From Candidatus Heimdallarchaeota archaeon (lineage in GTDB: Archaea > Asgardarchaeota > Heimdallarchaeia > JABLTI01), in assembly GCA_019058275.1 (NCBI GenBank), contig JAHLVW010000036.1, positions 89,322-153,321 of the forward strand: a stretch of 64,000 nucleotides of DNA, in the 5' to 3' direction. Both the position numbers and the translations under genes were made by a program. This document shows, one piece after another, positions 38,704 through 48,018 of the stretch (its first letter is position 1; each line of letters starts with the position of its first letter). The notes below the pieces were generated by a model. That model worked only from the letters and a program-made list of their open reading frames with translations, had not been told where the DNA came from and made no database searches.

Positions 38704-40476
38704 ATGTGTGGAATTATTGGTTACGTTGGAAAAAAAACAGCTTCTCCAATCTTATATGACTCATTAAAGAAATTAGAATATCGTGGATACGATTCATGTG
38801 GGGTGGCAACTGTTAATGGGGATGGAGAGATTGAGCTTAAGAAGGGTGTAGGAAGGATAGAATCTGTTGATAAGAAAGTAGACTTTAAATCATTAACAGG
38901 GAAAATTGGGATTGCTCATACAAGATGGGCAACTCATGGTAAGGTTGAAACCAGAAATGCTCACCCCTTCACCTCATGTAATCGTCATTATGCTTTAGTT
39001 CATAATGGTATTTTAGAGAACTATGTTGAATTAAAAAAAGAATTAGTGAAGAAAGGTCACACTTTTACCTCATCCACAGATACTGAGGTATTAGTTCATC
39101 TTATTGAAGAGAAAATGGCTCATGATGATAATAGCAATCTAATTAAGATTATTACAGAAGTGTCTCAAGAAGCAAAAGGAGCTTTCACATTTCTACTATT
39201 AGATAAAGTAAGAAAAGAAATCTATGCTTTCAGAAAAGATTCACCGCTTATCATCGGTCTTGGTGATAACGAGTTCTTCGCATCATCTGACATAACTTCC
39301 TTTTTAGAGTACACAAATAAAGCTATAATTCTTGAGAATTATCAATTAGCAGTGTTAAATGAAGATTGTATTGTATATGATGTATCAACTGGTTTGAAGA
39401 TAAAGCCAAAAGTAAGCACAATTGATTGGACTGCAGAACAAGCAAGTAAAAGTGGTTATCCTCATTTCATGTTAAAAGAGATTTTTGAAGAAGTTGAGAT
39501 ATCAAAGCATTCATTGGAACAAGATCCTGTGAAGCTAAAAGCTATGATTGAGGTTCTTAAGAAATCTAAGAAGGTATTCATTTTAGGTTCAGGAACATCT
39601 TATAGAGCTTGTTTACTTGCATCTATCTATTTTGCTCAAATTGCTGGAAAACAAATAACACCTGTTTTAGGTTCAGAGTACAAAACTTATCAAAATCTTG
39701 TGGATAAGGACACCGTTATTTTTGCAATCAGTCAGAGTGGTGAAACAGCTGATGTATTAGAAGGCATTTATCTGGCAAAAGAAAAAGGTGCAAGAGTAGT
39801 TTCATTGGTTAATGTTATGGGAAGTACAATCATGCGAGAATCAGATCAGTATTTAACATTAAATGCTGGACCTGAGATAGCTGTAGCCTCAACGAAAGCT
39901 TTTACCTCACAAGTTTTGATTTTAACTTTACTTGCATATGGTTTGGCTGATAAACTCAACGAAGGGAAGGACAATCTTAATGAAATTGTTAGTGTTCTCG
40001 ATCAAGTGATGAATCTTTCTGAAACTTTAGTAAAACTAGCAAAAGATGTTTTGAATAAAGATGATTTATATCTAATCGGTCGTGGTTCTTCATATCCTGT
40101 TGCTATGGAAGGTGAGTTGAAAATCAAAGAAATCGCTTATATCCATGCTGATGCACTGGCTGGTGGAGAACTTAAACATCATACACTTGCGCTTATTGTA
40201 CCTGGTGTTACTTGTTTAGCACTTGTACCAAATGACCAAACAAAAGATGATATGATTAACAATATCATGCAAATAAAGGCTCGTGGTGGAGAGATAATAG
40301 GTATATCATCTGAAAATCTTGATGTGTTCGATTACTATATTCCTATTCCACAAGTTCATCTTGAATCTATACTTATGATTCCTGTTTTGCAAATGATATC
40401 CTATTACCTATCAGTTATTCGAGGAAATGATCCTGACTTTCCAAGGAATTTGGCAAAATCAGTTACAGTTTTGTAG
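38704..40476 (+). CDS. glmS: Glutamine--fructose-6-phosphate transaminase (isomerizing)
   Basis: MCGIIG, EYRGYDS, HTRWATHG, SQSGET, VASTK and the C-terminal PRNLAKSVTV. Confidence 0.97.
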   Translation: MCGIIGYVGKKTASPILYDSLKKLEYRGYDSCGVATVNGDGEIELKKGVGRIESVDKKVDFKSLTGKIGIAHTRWATHGKVETRNAHPFTSCNRHYALVHNGILENYVELKKELVKKGHTFTSSTDTEVLVHLIEEKMAHDDNSNLIKIITEVSQEAKGAFTFLLLDKVRKEIYAFRKDSPLIIGLGDNEFFASSDITSFLEYTNKAIILENYQLAVLNEDCIVYDVSTGLKIKPKVSTIDWTAEQASKSGYPHFMLKEIFEEVEISKHSLEQDPVKLKAMIEVLKKSKKVFILGSGTSYRACLLASIYFAQIAGKQITPVLGSEYKTYQNLVDKDTVIFAISQSGETADVLEGIYLAKEKGARVVSLVNVMGSTIMRESDQYLTLNAGPEIAVASTKAFTSQVLILTLLAYGLADKLNEGKDNLNEIVSVLDQVMNLSETLVKLAKDVLNKDDLYLIGRGSSYPVAMEGELKIKEIAYIHADALAGGELKHHTLALIVPGVTCLALVPNDQTKDDMINNIMQIKARGGEIIGISSENLDVFDYYIPIPQVHLESILMIPVLQMISYYLSVIRGNDPDFPRNLAKSVTVL

Positions 40477-40617
40477 ATTCACTTTTTTTTCTCATTTTTT
40501 TATTTTATTATGCTCAGGGATAAATTATAAGAAAAATAATCAAAGGAAAAACCTTAACCATTCATTATTTTAAATAATTAATTATTTTATCTTTTAAATA
40601 ATTTATTCGACGATATG

Positions 40618-40667
40618 TTTATATATAAAATGTTCTGAACTATCTATTGATATACAATATGTTGTGG
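40618..40667 (+). promoter_or_regulatory. Promoter of the nrd operon: TATA box plus an NrdR-box-like operator
   Basis: TTTATATA at 40618. ATACAATATGTTGTGG at 40652-40667 fits the NrdR consensus acaCwAtATaTwGtg; weaker look-alikes at 40637 and 40683. Confidence 0.7.
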
Positions 40668-40794
40668 TTAGGGGAATAAAAAACACAAGGACTGGTATGC
40701 TTGGGTTAGTACACAAAACCAAACATTTCCCTCTAGTAAGAACTCTAAACAGGTAAAATAACTAAAATAAGTAAAAAAAGCCGGAGAAAAAGCG

Positions 40795-43215
40795 ATGAAG
40801 TGTCCATACTGTCAATCACCAAACACAAGAGTGGTTGACAAACGACTGTCAGACGATATGAAACAGAATCGTAGAAGACGAGAATGTCTACAATGCAATA
40901 AACGTTTTACCACTTATGAGCGCGTAGATGATGTTAAGTTAACAATTGTAAAGAAAGATAAAAGACGAGAACCCTTCAATCGTGATAAAATTAAAGCAGG
41001 AATTGTCAGGGCTTGTGAAAAAAGACCAATTAGTCTCGAGGAAATTGAAGAAATAATTGATGAAATCGAAAGTGAACTTCGTCAACATGATGATCTGGAA
41101 ATTGAATCACAATATGTTGGCGAAAAAGTAATGGAAAAACTACGAGAACTAGACGAAGTTGCTTTCATTAGGTTTGCTTCTGTTTATAGACGATTCACTG
41201 ACATTGCTTCTTTTGAAAGAGAACTTGAAAAATTAAAAGTCGTAAAAGAAATACAAATTCCGAGTCAAGATTCTACTGAGTTACTATTGTTGGTAGCAGG
41301 TGACACCAAAGAGGAAATATCAAGCTGGGATCGTGATAAAATAACTGCTGCACTTGTAAAAGAAGCTGGCTTGCCCAAAATTGATGCTGAAGATATTGCT
41401 GCTGAAGTTGAGAGAAAGATTTTCGCATCTGGCATTGATGTTATATCAGTTGATCTCATCAGAAGTTTAGTTGATAATGAACTCTTTATCAAAGGTCACA
41501 GTACAAAACTAGCCCAACAAAGAATTGTTGGTATACCAACTTATGATTTGAACCAACTTATCCTTTCAAAAAGCAAAGAAAACAGTAATGTTGTAGCTAA
41601 TAATCCAGAAGCTGTAAATTTGGCTATTGCTGAAACAATTTTGAAGAAATTTGCTTTACAAGAGTTATTTACACCTGAAGTATCAAATGCACATCGTAAA
41701 GGAATGATCTATCTTCATGATTTGGGATTTCCTGTACGTGTTTATTGTTCAGCACACAGTTTAGAGTATATCAAGAAATATGGCTTGAATTTATTGAATC
41801 TCTCTACTGTTTCCTGCCCTGCGAAACATGCTGACACATTAACAGGTCATCTTAATACTTATCTTGCATCAATGCAAGCATATTATGCTGGAGCTTTAGG
41901 CTTAGCTTATTTGAATATCTTCTATGCACCATTTTTTGTGGGAGTTCCTTATAAACAAATCAAACAAGAAGCTCAACGATTAATTTACTCTTGTAGTCAA
42001 AATGCTTTCTCTCGTGGAGGACAAACATTATTCGTTGATTTCAACATTCATCTTGGCATACCTAATTATCTCAAAGATATTCCCGCAATTGGTCCTGGAG
42101 GAAAGTATACCGGTAAAAATTATGGTGACTATGAAAAAGAAACGCAATTGTTTGCTAAAGCATTAATGGATGTATGGTTAGAAGGCGATTCTCAAGGTAA
42201 GGTCTTTCCATTTCCAAAATTCGATCTTCATGTAGATCAAAGTTCATTCGATGATCCAAAACAATACAAATTGCTACAACACGCTTGTAAAATTGCTTCA
42301 GATAATGGATCAACTTACTTTATCTTTGATCGTAACGATATTAATCTTTCAATGTGTTGCAGATTAAAAACAACTATTAAAGACATGTATATGATCGAAC
42401 ATCCAGAGAGCATGCGTTATTGTGGATTCCAAAATGTAAGCATCAATTTACCACAAGCAGCTTATCGTGCAGGTAAAGGAAACACCAAAGAATGTATCGA
42501 AGAAATAAAACGAGCAATGGACATCGCAATGAAAGCTCACTTAGAAAAGAAGGATTTTGTTTACAAATTAATGACTCAAGAAAATGGAACGTTATGGCAA
42601 ATTGGTAAGTTAGCTGAAGATGGAAGACCTTATGTTGATCTAGAAAAAGCCACCTACATTATTGGTGTAATAGGTCTTAATGAGTGTGTTCAATATTTAA
42701 TCGACGAACAAATGCATGAAAGCGAAAAAGCTTACAAACTAGGATTAAGGCTTATTGCAGGAATGAATCTTAAAGCAAAGAGCCTCCAAGAAGAAAATGG
42801 TCTTACCGTAGCATTAGAAGAAACTCCTGGAGAAAGTGCTCCATTCAAATTTGCTAGAACTGATATTCAAGAGTATCCTAATAGTATCCACTATGTTAAG
42901 GGTGACGTAGAAGAAGGATCTATCTATTATACGAATAGTGCACACTTTGCAGCTGATGCACCTATTGATATAATTGACCGTATTTCAAAACAAGGGAAAT
43001 TCAATACCTTAATTGAAAGTGGTTCTATCACTCATGTATTTATTGGTGAACAAAAAATCTCACCAGAATCTATCATGAACTTGGTTAAGAAAACATGGGA
43101 GAATACCCAGAGCGCTCAAATTGTTTTCTCACCAGAATTCACAGTCTGCAATGACTGTGGAAAAGTTAGTAGGGGTTATGGTCGAGCTATGAGTTCATCT
43201 GCTCACAGCCCATAA
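40795..43215 (+). CDS. nrdD: NrdR-NrdD fusion: NrdR (Zn ribbon plus ATP-cone), a second ATP-cone, and the class III RNR core lacking the glycyl-radical tail
   Basis: MKCPYC...RRRRECLQCNKRFTTYE...AFIRFASVY (NrdR); YLHDL, YCSAH, RGGQT, FPFPK, SMCCRL, EETPGES, YYTNS; ends FTVCNDCGK with no RxxGY. Confidence 0.93.
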   Translation: MKCPYCQSPNTRVVDKRLSDDMKQNRRRRECLQCNKRFTTYERVDDVKLTIVKKDKRREPFNRDKIKAGIVRACEKRPISLEEIEEIIDEIESELRQHDDLEIESQYVGEKVMEKLRELDEVAFIRFASVYRRFTDIASFERELEKLKVVKEIQIPSQDSTELLLLVAGDTKEEISSWDRDKITAALVKEAGLPKIDAEDIAAEVERKIFASGIDVISVDLIRSLVDNELFIKGHSTKLAQQRIVGIPTYDLNQLILSKSKENSNVVANNPEAVNLAIAETILKKFALQELFTPEVSNAHRKGMIYLHDLGFPVRVYCSAHSLEYIKKYGLNLLNLSTVSCPAKHADTLTGHLNTYLASMQAYYAGALGLAYLNIFYAPFFVGVPYKQIKQEAQRLIYSCSQNAFSRGGQTLFVDFNIHLGIPNYLKDIPAIGPGGKYTGKNYGDYEKETQLFAKALMDVWLEGDSQGKVFPFPKFDLHVDQSSFDDPKQYKLLQHACKIASDNGSTYFIFDRNDINLSMCCRLKTTIKDMYMIEHPESMRYCGFQNVSINLPQAAYRAGKGNTKECIEEIKRAMDIAMKAHLEKKDFVYKLMTQENGTLWQIGKLAEDGRPYVDLEKATYIIGVIGLNECVQYLIDEQMHESEKAYKLGLRLIAGMNLKAKSLQEENGLTVALEETPGESAPFKFARTDIQEYPNSIHYVKGDVEEGSIYYTNSAHFAADAPIDIIDRISKQGKFNTLIESGSITHVFIGEQKISPESIMNLVKKTWENTQSAQIVFSPEFTVCNDCGKVSRGYGRAMSSSAHSP

Positions 43216-43267
43216 TTTGAGGAAAGAGTAATAACTCAACGAAAAACCATTCGAGGATAAACAGGCC

Positions 43268-43513
43268 ATGGAACAGGCAAATATTCAGAACAAAATGACT
43301 AAAGTAACAGAAATAGCTACTACTTTAGAACACGAGAATAATATTGAAGCGGGTGTTACATGCTCTCCTAACTGCCCACACTGTAAAAGTGATAATGTTT
43401 ATGGTATGAGCAGAGTAGTTGGTTATTTCAGTGTAATTGAAAACTGGAATAATTCCAAAAAATCAGAGCTAAAGAGAAGGCAGAACGGTAACTACTGGTC
43501 TGATGAAGTCTAA
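43268..43513 (+). CDS. Separately encoded C-terminal glycyl-radical domain of the class III RNR
   Basis: CPHCKSDNVYGMSRVVGYFSVIENWNNSKKSELKRR; GAGGA RBS; two in-frame stops upstream. Confidence 0.88.
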   Translation: MEQANIQNKMTKVTEIATTLEHENNIEAGVTCSPNCPHCKSDNVYGMSRVVGYFSVIENWNNSKKSELKRRQNGNYWSDEV

Positions 43514-43624
43514 TTAGAAGACCTTCACCAACAGGAACCAAATTCCCTTCTCTCCTCTTATCTTTTTTAAGGTAAAAATCAAACTAAAAGATAATAGTAT
43601 TAATAAAAATGAGGTAATATAAAT

Positions 43625-43885
43625 ATGAAATTAAAAATATTCATAAAAACAGATTGTCCAAATTGCCCAGCAGCAAAAGAAGTTGGGAAACAACTTGAAA
43701 GCAAAGGTGCAAACATAGAGTGGTTTGACCTTGATAATGAAGATGGATTGTCTGAAGCAGCTTATTTTGATGTGCTCTCAACACCATCATTGATTGTTAT
43801 TGATGAAGATGATAATGAAGTAAAGGCATGGCGTGGAGATATGCCAGAAATAGAGATATTACAAAAAGAATTACAAATAAAATAA
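43625..43885 (+). CDS. Thioredoxin/glutaredoxin-like (NrdH-like) redoxin
   Basis: CPNC active site and VLSTP cis-Pro loop, within the nrd operon. Confidence 0.85.
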   Translation: MKLKIFIKTDCPNCPAAKEVGKQLESKGANIEWFDLDNEDGLSEAAYFDVLSTPSLIVIDEDDNEVKAWRGDMPEIEILQKELQIK

Positions 43886-43902
43886 AGAGATGAGTTTACG
43901 AA

Positions 43903-44607
43903 TTGCCCAAATTAGAAATTAAGGGATATAAGCAAGGATCACTAATTGAATGGTCAGGATTAGTAGTTGATAGTATTTTCTTAGCGGGATGTGATTTTCG
44001 ATGTCCATATTGTCACAATCCTGATTTAGTTTTTACAGATAAAGTCGAAAGTTATGATGTTAACGAAGTCTTAGCTGAGATTGTTAAAAGGGCAAAAAGC
44101 AAATGGCTTGATGGCGTTTCAATAACTGGAGGGGAACCAACCCTTAGTAAGAGATTACCTGATTTCCTAAGAATAATAAAAAACATGGGATTAAAAACTA
44201 AATTTGATACAAATGGAAATCATCCAGATGTAGTGAAAAAAATGATCGAAGAAAATCTAGTAGATTATATTGCTATGGATGTAAAAGCAACACCAGAGAA
44301 ATATCATTTAGCTACAGGGAAAAAAGTGGATATGAAACCAATAAAAGAGACGATTAAAATAATAATTAATTCTGGATTGGATCATGAATTTAGAACAACA
44401 GTTGCACCAACAATTGTGGATCCCATAAAAGATATCCCAAAAATAGCTACAATGATTAAAGGTGCAAAAAGATTTTACATACAGCAATTTAGACCACTTA
44501 GATGTTTAGATAAAAAATTCGAAAAAATGGAACCTTATACCTTAGCAGTTCTTGAGAAAGCTTGGAATAAAGTAAAGGATAAATTCGAGGTTTGTGAAAT
44601 CAGATAA
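43903..44607 (+). CDS. nrdG: Anaerobic ribonucleotide reductase activating protein (radical SAM)
   Basis: GCDFRCPYCHN, ITGGEPT, DTNG, IAMDVKA, EFRTT. Confidence 0.93.
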   Translation: MPKLEIKGYKQGSLIEWSGLVVDSIFLAGCDFRCPYCHNPDLVFTDKVESYDVNEVLAEIVKRAKSKWLDGVSITGGEPTLSKRLPDFLRIIKNMGLKTKFDTNGNHPDVVKKMIEENLVDYIAMDVKATPEKYHLATGKKVDMKPIKETIKIIINSGLDHEFRTTVAPTIVDPIKDIPKIATMIKGAKRFYIQQFRPLRCLDKKFEKMEPYTLAVLEKAWNKVKDKFEVCEIR

Positions 44608-44708
44608 GATAATTTAAATAAATGAAATCTATTTTTCACTATAAAATTGAACAATTAGGTAGCCTTTAAAATTAAACAAATTTCAACATGTTAGTGAGGT
44701 AGTGACCT

Positions 44709-46550
44709 TTGGCAAAGATTCAAACATTAGTACATAAAGGAGTTCTCGTAAACGAAATACTACATATAGGGTTGGGTATTGAAATTGACGGTAAATCACA
44801 TAAACTTACACCAAAACAAGAACAAATGGCAATTGCTTGGGTAAAGAAACTTTCAACAGTTTATGTTGAGGATCCAATTTTTTGTAAGAACTTCTTCAAA
44901 GATTTTAGTAAAGAACTAGGGCAACCAAGTTTAACGGATGAAAATATAGACTTCTCTGAAGTAATTACACATATTGAAGCTGAACGAACAGCTAGAGAAG
45001 CAATGACGAAAGAAGAAAAGAAAGCAGCAAGAGAAGATAGAAAAGTAATTCGTGAAGACCTAAAGAAAGAATATGGAACCGCTTTATTAGATGGTGTAGA
45101 GGTCGAAATATCAAATTATATTGCTGAACCAAGTAGCATATTCATGGGGAGAGGAGAACACCCAATGAGGGGAAAATGGAAAGAGGGTCCTGAAAAAAGT
45201 GACATTATTTTGAATCATAGCTCAAAAGATCAGCTAAATGAAAGTGATTGGAAAGTAATCGTTTGGGAACCAGAATGTTTATGGATTGCAAAATGGGAAG
45301 ATAAACTCTCAGGTAAAACAAAATATGTTTGGTTATCTGATAATACTCCTATTAAGCAAGATAGAGAAATTGAGAAATATGATAAAGCTAGGTTGGTTGG
45401 TGACAATCTAGGGAAAATCAGATCTAAAACAATGAACGCAATAAGAAGTGAAGACAAAGCAAAAAGAAAAATCGCAACAGCATGTTATTTAATTGATTAT
45501 TTAACCATGCGTGTTGGTGATGAAAAAGATGAAGATGAAGCTGACACAGTTGGTGCAACAACCTTACGACCAGAACATATAACAATAAATGGTAATATTG
45601 TGAAATTCAATTTTCTAGGAAAAGACTCTGTTGAATGGAATAAGAAGGAAGAATTTCCAGATGAAGCTATTAAAGTTCTGAAAGAACTAATAGAAGAGGC
45701 TAATAATTCAGGGGAAGATAAACCTCAGATTTTTGGAAATATTGGCAGTCGTCATGTCAATGCTTTTCTGGGTGAAATTGTTGATGGGTTGACAGCTAAA
45801 GTCTTTAGAACATATCATGCTACTAGCATAGTTGAAAAACATATTGAAGAAGCAGACGTAGATTCAAATGATCCTGATTTTGTAAAGAAAGAAGCAGCAG
45901 TTATGGCTAATAGAGAAGCAGCAATTAATTGTACTCATATGAAGCAAGAACCAAAGAATTGGGAAAATAGGATTCAACGATTCAGAGAGCGAAAAATAAA
46001 AGCTAATGTACGACTAGATAAAGCAAAAGCTAACCAAGAGAATAGAGAAATGAGATTGGAAGATCTCAAAGAGAATTTAAAACTAAGAAGAAAAGCAGCG
46101 AAAGAACAACAGAAAATACTTGAGCAAACAAAAGCTGATTTAGAAGAAATAAAAAGCATGGAAGTGAATCCAGAGGACAAAAAGGAAAAAGAACGACATA
46201 AGAAAGCAATAGAGAAAGCCAAGAAAAAAGTTGAGACAAAGAAAAAACGAATGATAACAGCTGAGAAAAGAATTGATACAGCTAAAGGACAAATAGAGAG
46301 AGGAAAGAATAGTCTAGGAACAGCAAAGGAACGAATATACAAAGCTAAACTAGCGTTAAAGAAAATTGAATCACAAGAAAGAATCTCAAAGAAAACTAAG
46401 ACATGGAACTTAGGAACAAGTTTGAAATCATATATTGATCCAAGAGTCTATTACAATTGGGGTAAAGAAGTAGATTATGATTGGCGAAATTACTATTCAA
46501 ATACTTTACAAAAGAAGTTTTCTTGGGTTGAAAGAGAAGAAAATGACTAA
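44709..46550 (+). CDS. top1: DNA topoisomerase IB, eukaryote-like large type
   Basis: GRGEHPMRGKWK, RVGDEK, DTVGATTL, FLGKDS, AKVFRTY, CTH, a coiled-coil linker, and GTSLKSYIDPR (catalytic Tyr). Confidence 0.93.
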   Translation: MAKIQTLVHKGVLVNEILHIGLGIEIDGKSHKLTPKQEQMAIAWVKKLSTVYVEDPIFCKNFFKDFSKELGQPSLTDENIDFSEVITHIEAERTAREAMTKEEKKAAREDRKVIREDLKKEYGTALLDGVEVEISNYIAEPSSIFMGRGEHPMRGKWKEGPEKSDIILNHSSKDQLNESDWKVIVWEPECLWIAKWEDKLSGKTKYVWLSDNTPIKQDREIEKYDKARLVGDNLGKIRSKTMNAIRSEDKAKRKIATACYLIDYLTMRVGDEKDEDEADTVGATTLRPEHITINGNIVKFNFLGKDSVEWNKKEEFPDEAIKVLKELIEEANNSGEDKPQIFGNIGSRHVNAFLGEIVDGLTAKVFRTYHATSIVEKHIEEADVDSNDPDFVKKEAAVMANREAAINCTHMKQEPKNWENRIQRFRERKIKANVRLDKAKANQENREMRLEDLKENLKLRRKAAKEQQKILEQTKADLEEIKSMEVNPEDKKEKERHKKAIEKAKKKVETKKKRMITAEKRIDTAKGQIERGKNSLGTAKERIYKAKLALKKIESQERISKKTKTWNLGTSLKSYIDPRVYYNWGKEVDYDWRNYYSNTLQKKFSWVEREEND

Positions 46551-46704
46551 AAATCATATTTTATAGTCGTTAAACAAGATTTAAAATAGTGAATGACTCA
46601 AGAAACTAAATAGAAACACTTTGAAAAGGCGAACAATAAACGTTAATTTTGAACTAATAACTAATTTGTAAAATTTTAATGAATTTTAATCGGTTGGTTA
46701 AATC

Positions 46705-47499
46705 GTGGCAGAATTAAAGGTCAATCTTGAAGAAGGAAATGGCTGTTATTATGCGCATACAGCTGATTTACTAGGATGTTTTTCAAAAGCAGAAAGCCGA
46801 AGTGAAGCTATAGATGCTTTACTCAAAGATGTTAAGAAATATAGTGAATGGCTACTTTCGATTGGAGTAGACAATGAATTCAAAACAATGTCAAAGGATT
46901 TTCTCTCAGGGATTAATGAACTTGTAATCATAGAAGAAGTTACAGGCATAGAAAAGCTAAGAGAATCACATGGAACATCTGCACTTTTTAAAACAGATAA
47001 AGAGTTAATATCCGAGGAAATGTTTGAGTTTTATCTAATGATAATAAATAAACTTCCTGAAGAACTCTTGAGAATAGTCTTCCAATATTCAGATGAAGAT
47101 AGGAATAAAAAAATAATTCCAGAAAAACCAACTATTAATGAAGAACTAATTGATATCTACAATACAGAGCTTTTTTACATTTCTAGATTTGGTGAGGAAG
47201 TTGAACACAAATTCTATGTAGCAATTAATATGACAAAAGATGAATTGGATTCACTTACACTGCTAGAACGAGTAGTAAAAGTTCGACAAGGGGCAGTAAC
47301 AGTTCTAAAAATCTACTATCCAAAACAACATGAAAAAGTTTTCAAAAATAAAAAAGATACCGCTTTTCCTGATGAACTGTGGACAATAAAGAAGATAATA
47401 AGGAAATTTATTGAGTACGAAAGAGAAAAAATCAATGCAATACGTGCACTAGTAGAAGTTCTGGAATCAAGTAAAACAACAAATGAAGAAAGTAGGTAA
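46705..47499 (+). CDS. HicB-like N-terminal domain plus DinB-like helical domain protein
   Basis: YYAHTADLLGCFSKAESRSEAI (HicB-like) and ELWTIKKIIRKFIEYEREK (DinB-like tail without the His residues). Confidence 0.55.
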   Translation: MAELKVNLEEGNGCYYAHTADLLGCFSKAESRSEAIDALLKDVKKYSEWLLSIGVDNEFKTMSKDFLSGINELVIIEEVTGIEKLRESHGTSALFKTDKELISEEMFEFYLMIINKLPEELLRIVFQYSDEDRNKKIIPEKPTINEELIDIYNTELFYISRFGEEVEHKFYVAINMTKDELDSLTLLERVVKVRQGAVTVLKIYYPKQHEKVFKNKKDTAFPDELWTIKKIIRKFIEYEREKINAIRALVEVLESSKTTNEESR

Positions 47500-47989
47500 A
47501 GAAAATTTCCATTGGAATAGTTTTCTGTTTTCAATTTCTCTGATTTTTATTTTACATTTACTAGTTCTATTTGAAAAAAAACTGGTCACTAATATTCAGA
47601 GTGGATATATAGAGTGACCAGATATAGCATAAATTAGAACAAAGATGTGGTGATAAAAAATGATTGGAGTTATACATAAAAAGAGAAAAAGACACACAAA
47701 AAAAATAGATGTATCAGAAATTAAGAAAACAATTAACACATTCAGAATAGAATTTCGTTAGATAATGCTAAATTCGGTTACAGCGAAAGCAAACCGAAAA
47801 AAATTCACTCAAATAAGAAAATATAAGGTGATCAGAAACAACTGCCTTCAAGAGAAGAACGGTCTTTAGTATCGTTCTTCTCTCTGATTCTTATACAATT
47901 TATTAGTAACAAAGAAATTAGTTTGAAATTATATTTTTTCTGAGAAAAGAAAATTATGTTTTTTTTTAATTTATCAAAAAAAGAGTAAA

Positions 47990-48009
47990 AAAGACGCAAA
48001 AGCGTCTTT
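47990..48009 (-). terminator. Hairpin plus T-tract downstream of the LVIVD gene
   Basis: AAAGACGC-TTTT-GCGTCTTT followed by T runs on the minus strand, ~10 nt after the stop. Confidence 0.55.
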
Positions 48010-48018
48010 CTAGATTTT

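Noticed and set aside
43216-43267. Simple sequencing frameshift or intron explaining the nrdD split
   Set aside because: There are two stops in each of the relevant frames, an RBS before ATG 43268, and non-homologous tails on both ORFs. I saw no bulge-helix-bulge or intein motif.
46705-47499. HicAB toxin-antitoxin locus
   Set aside because: Only a HicB-like N-terminus is present, and no hicA-like ORF was seen adjacent.
47773-47798. SECIS element
   Set aside because: The hairpin lacks the AUGA/GA core, and I found no in-frame TGA selenoprotein candidate nearby.
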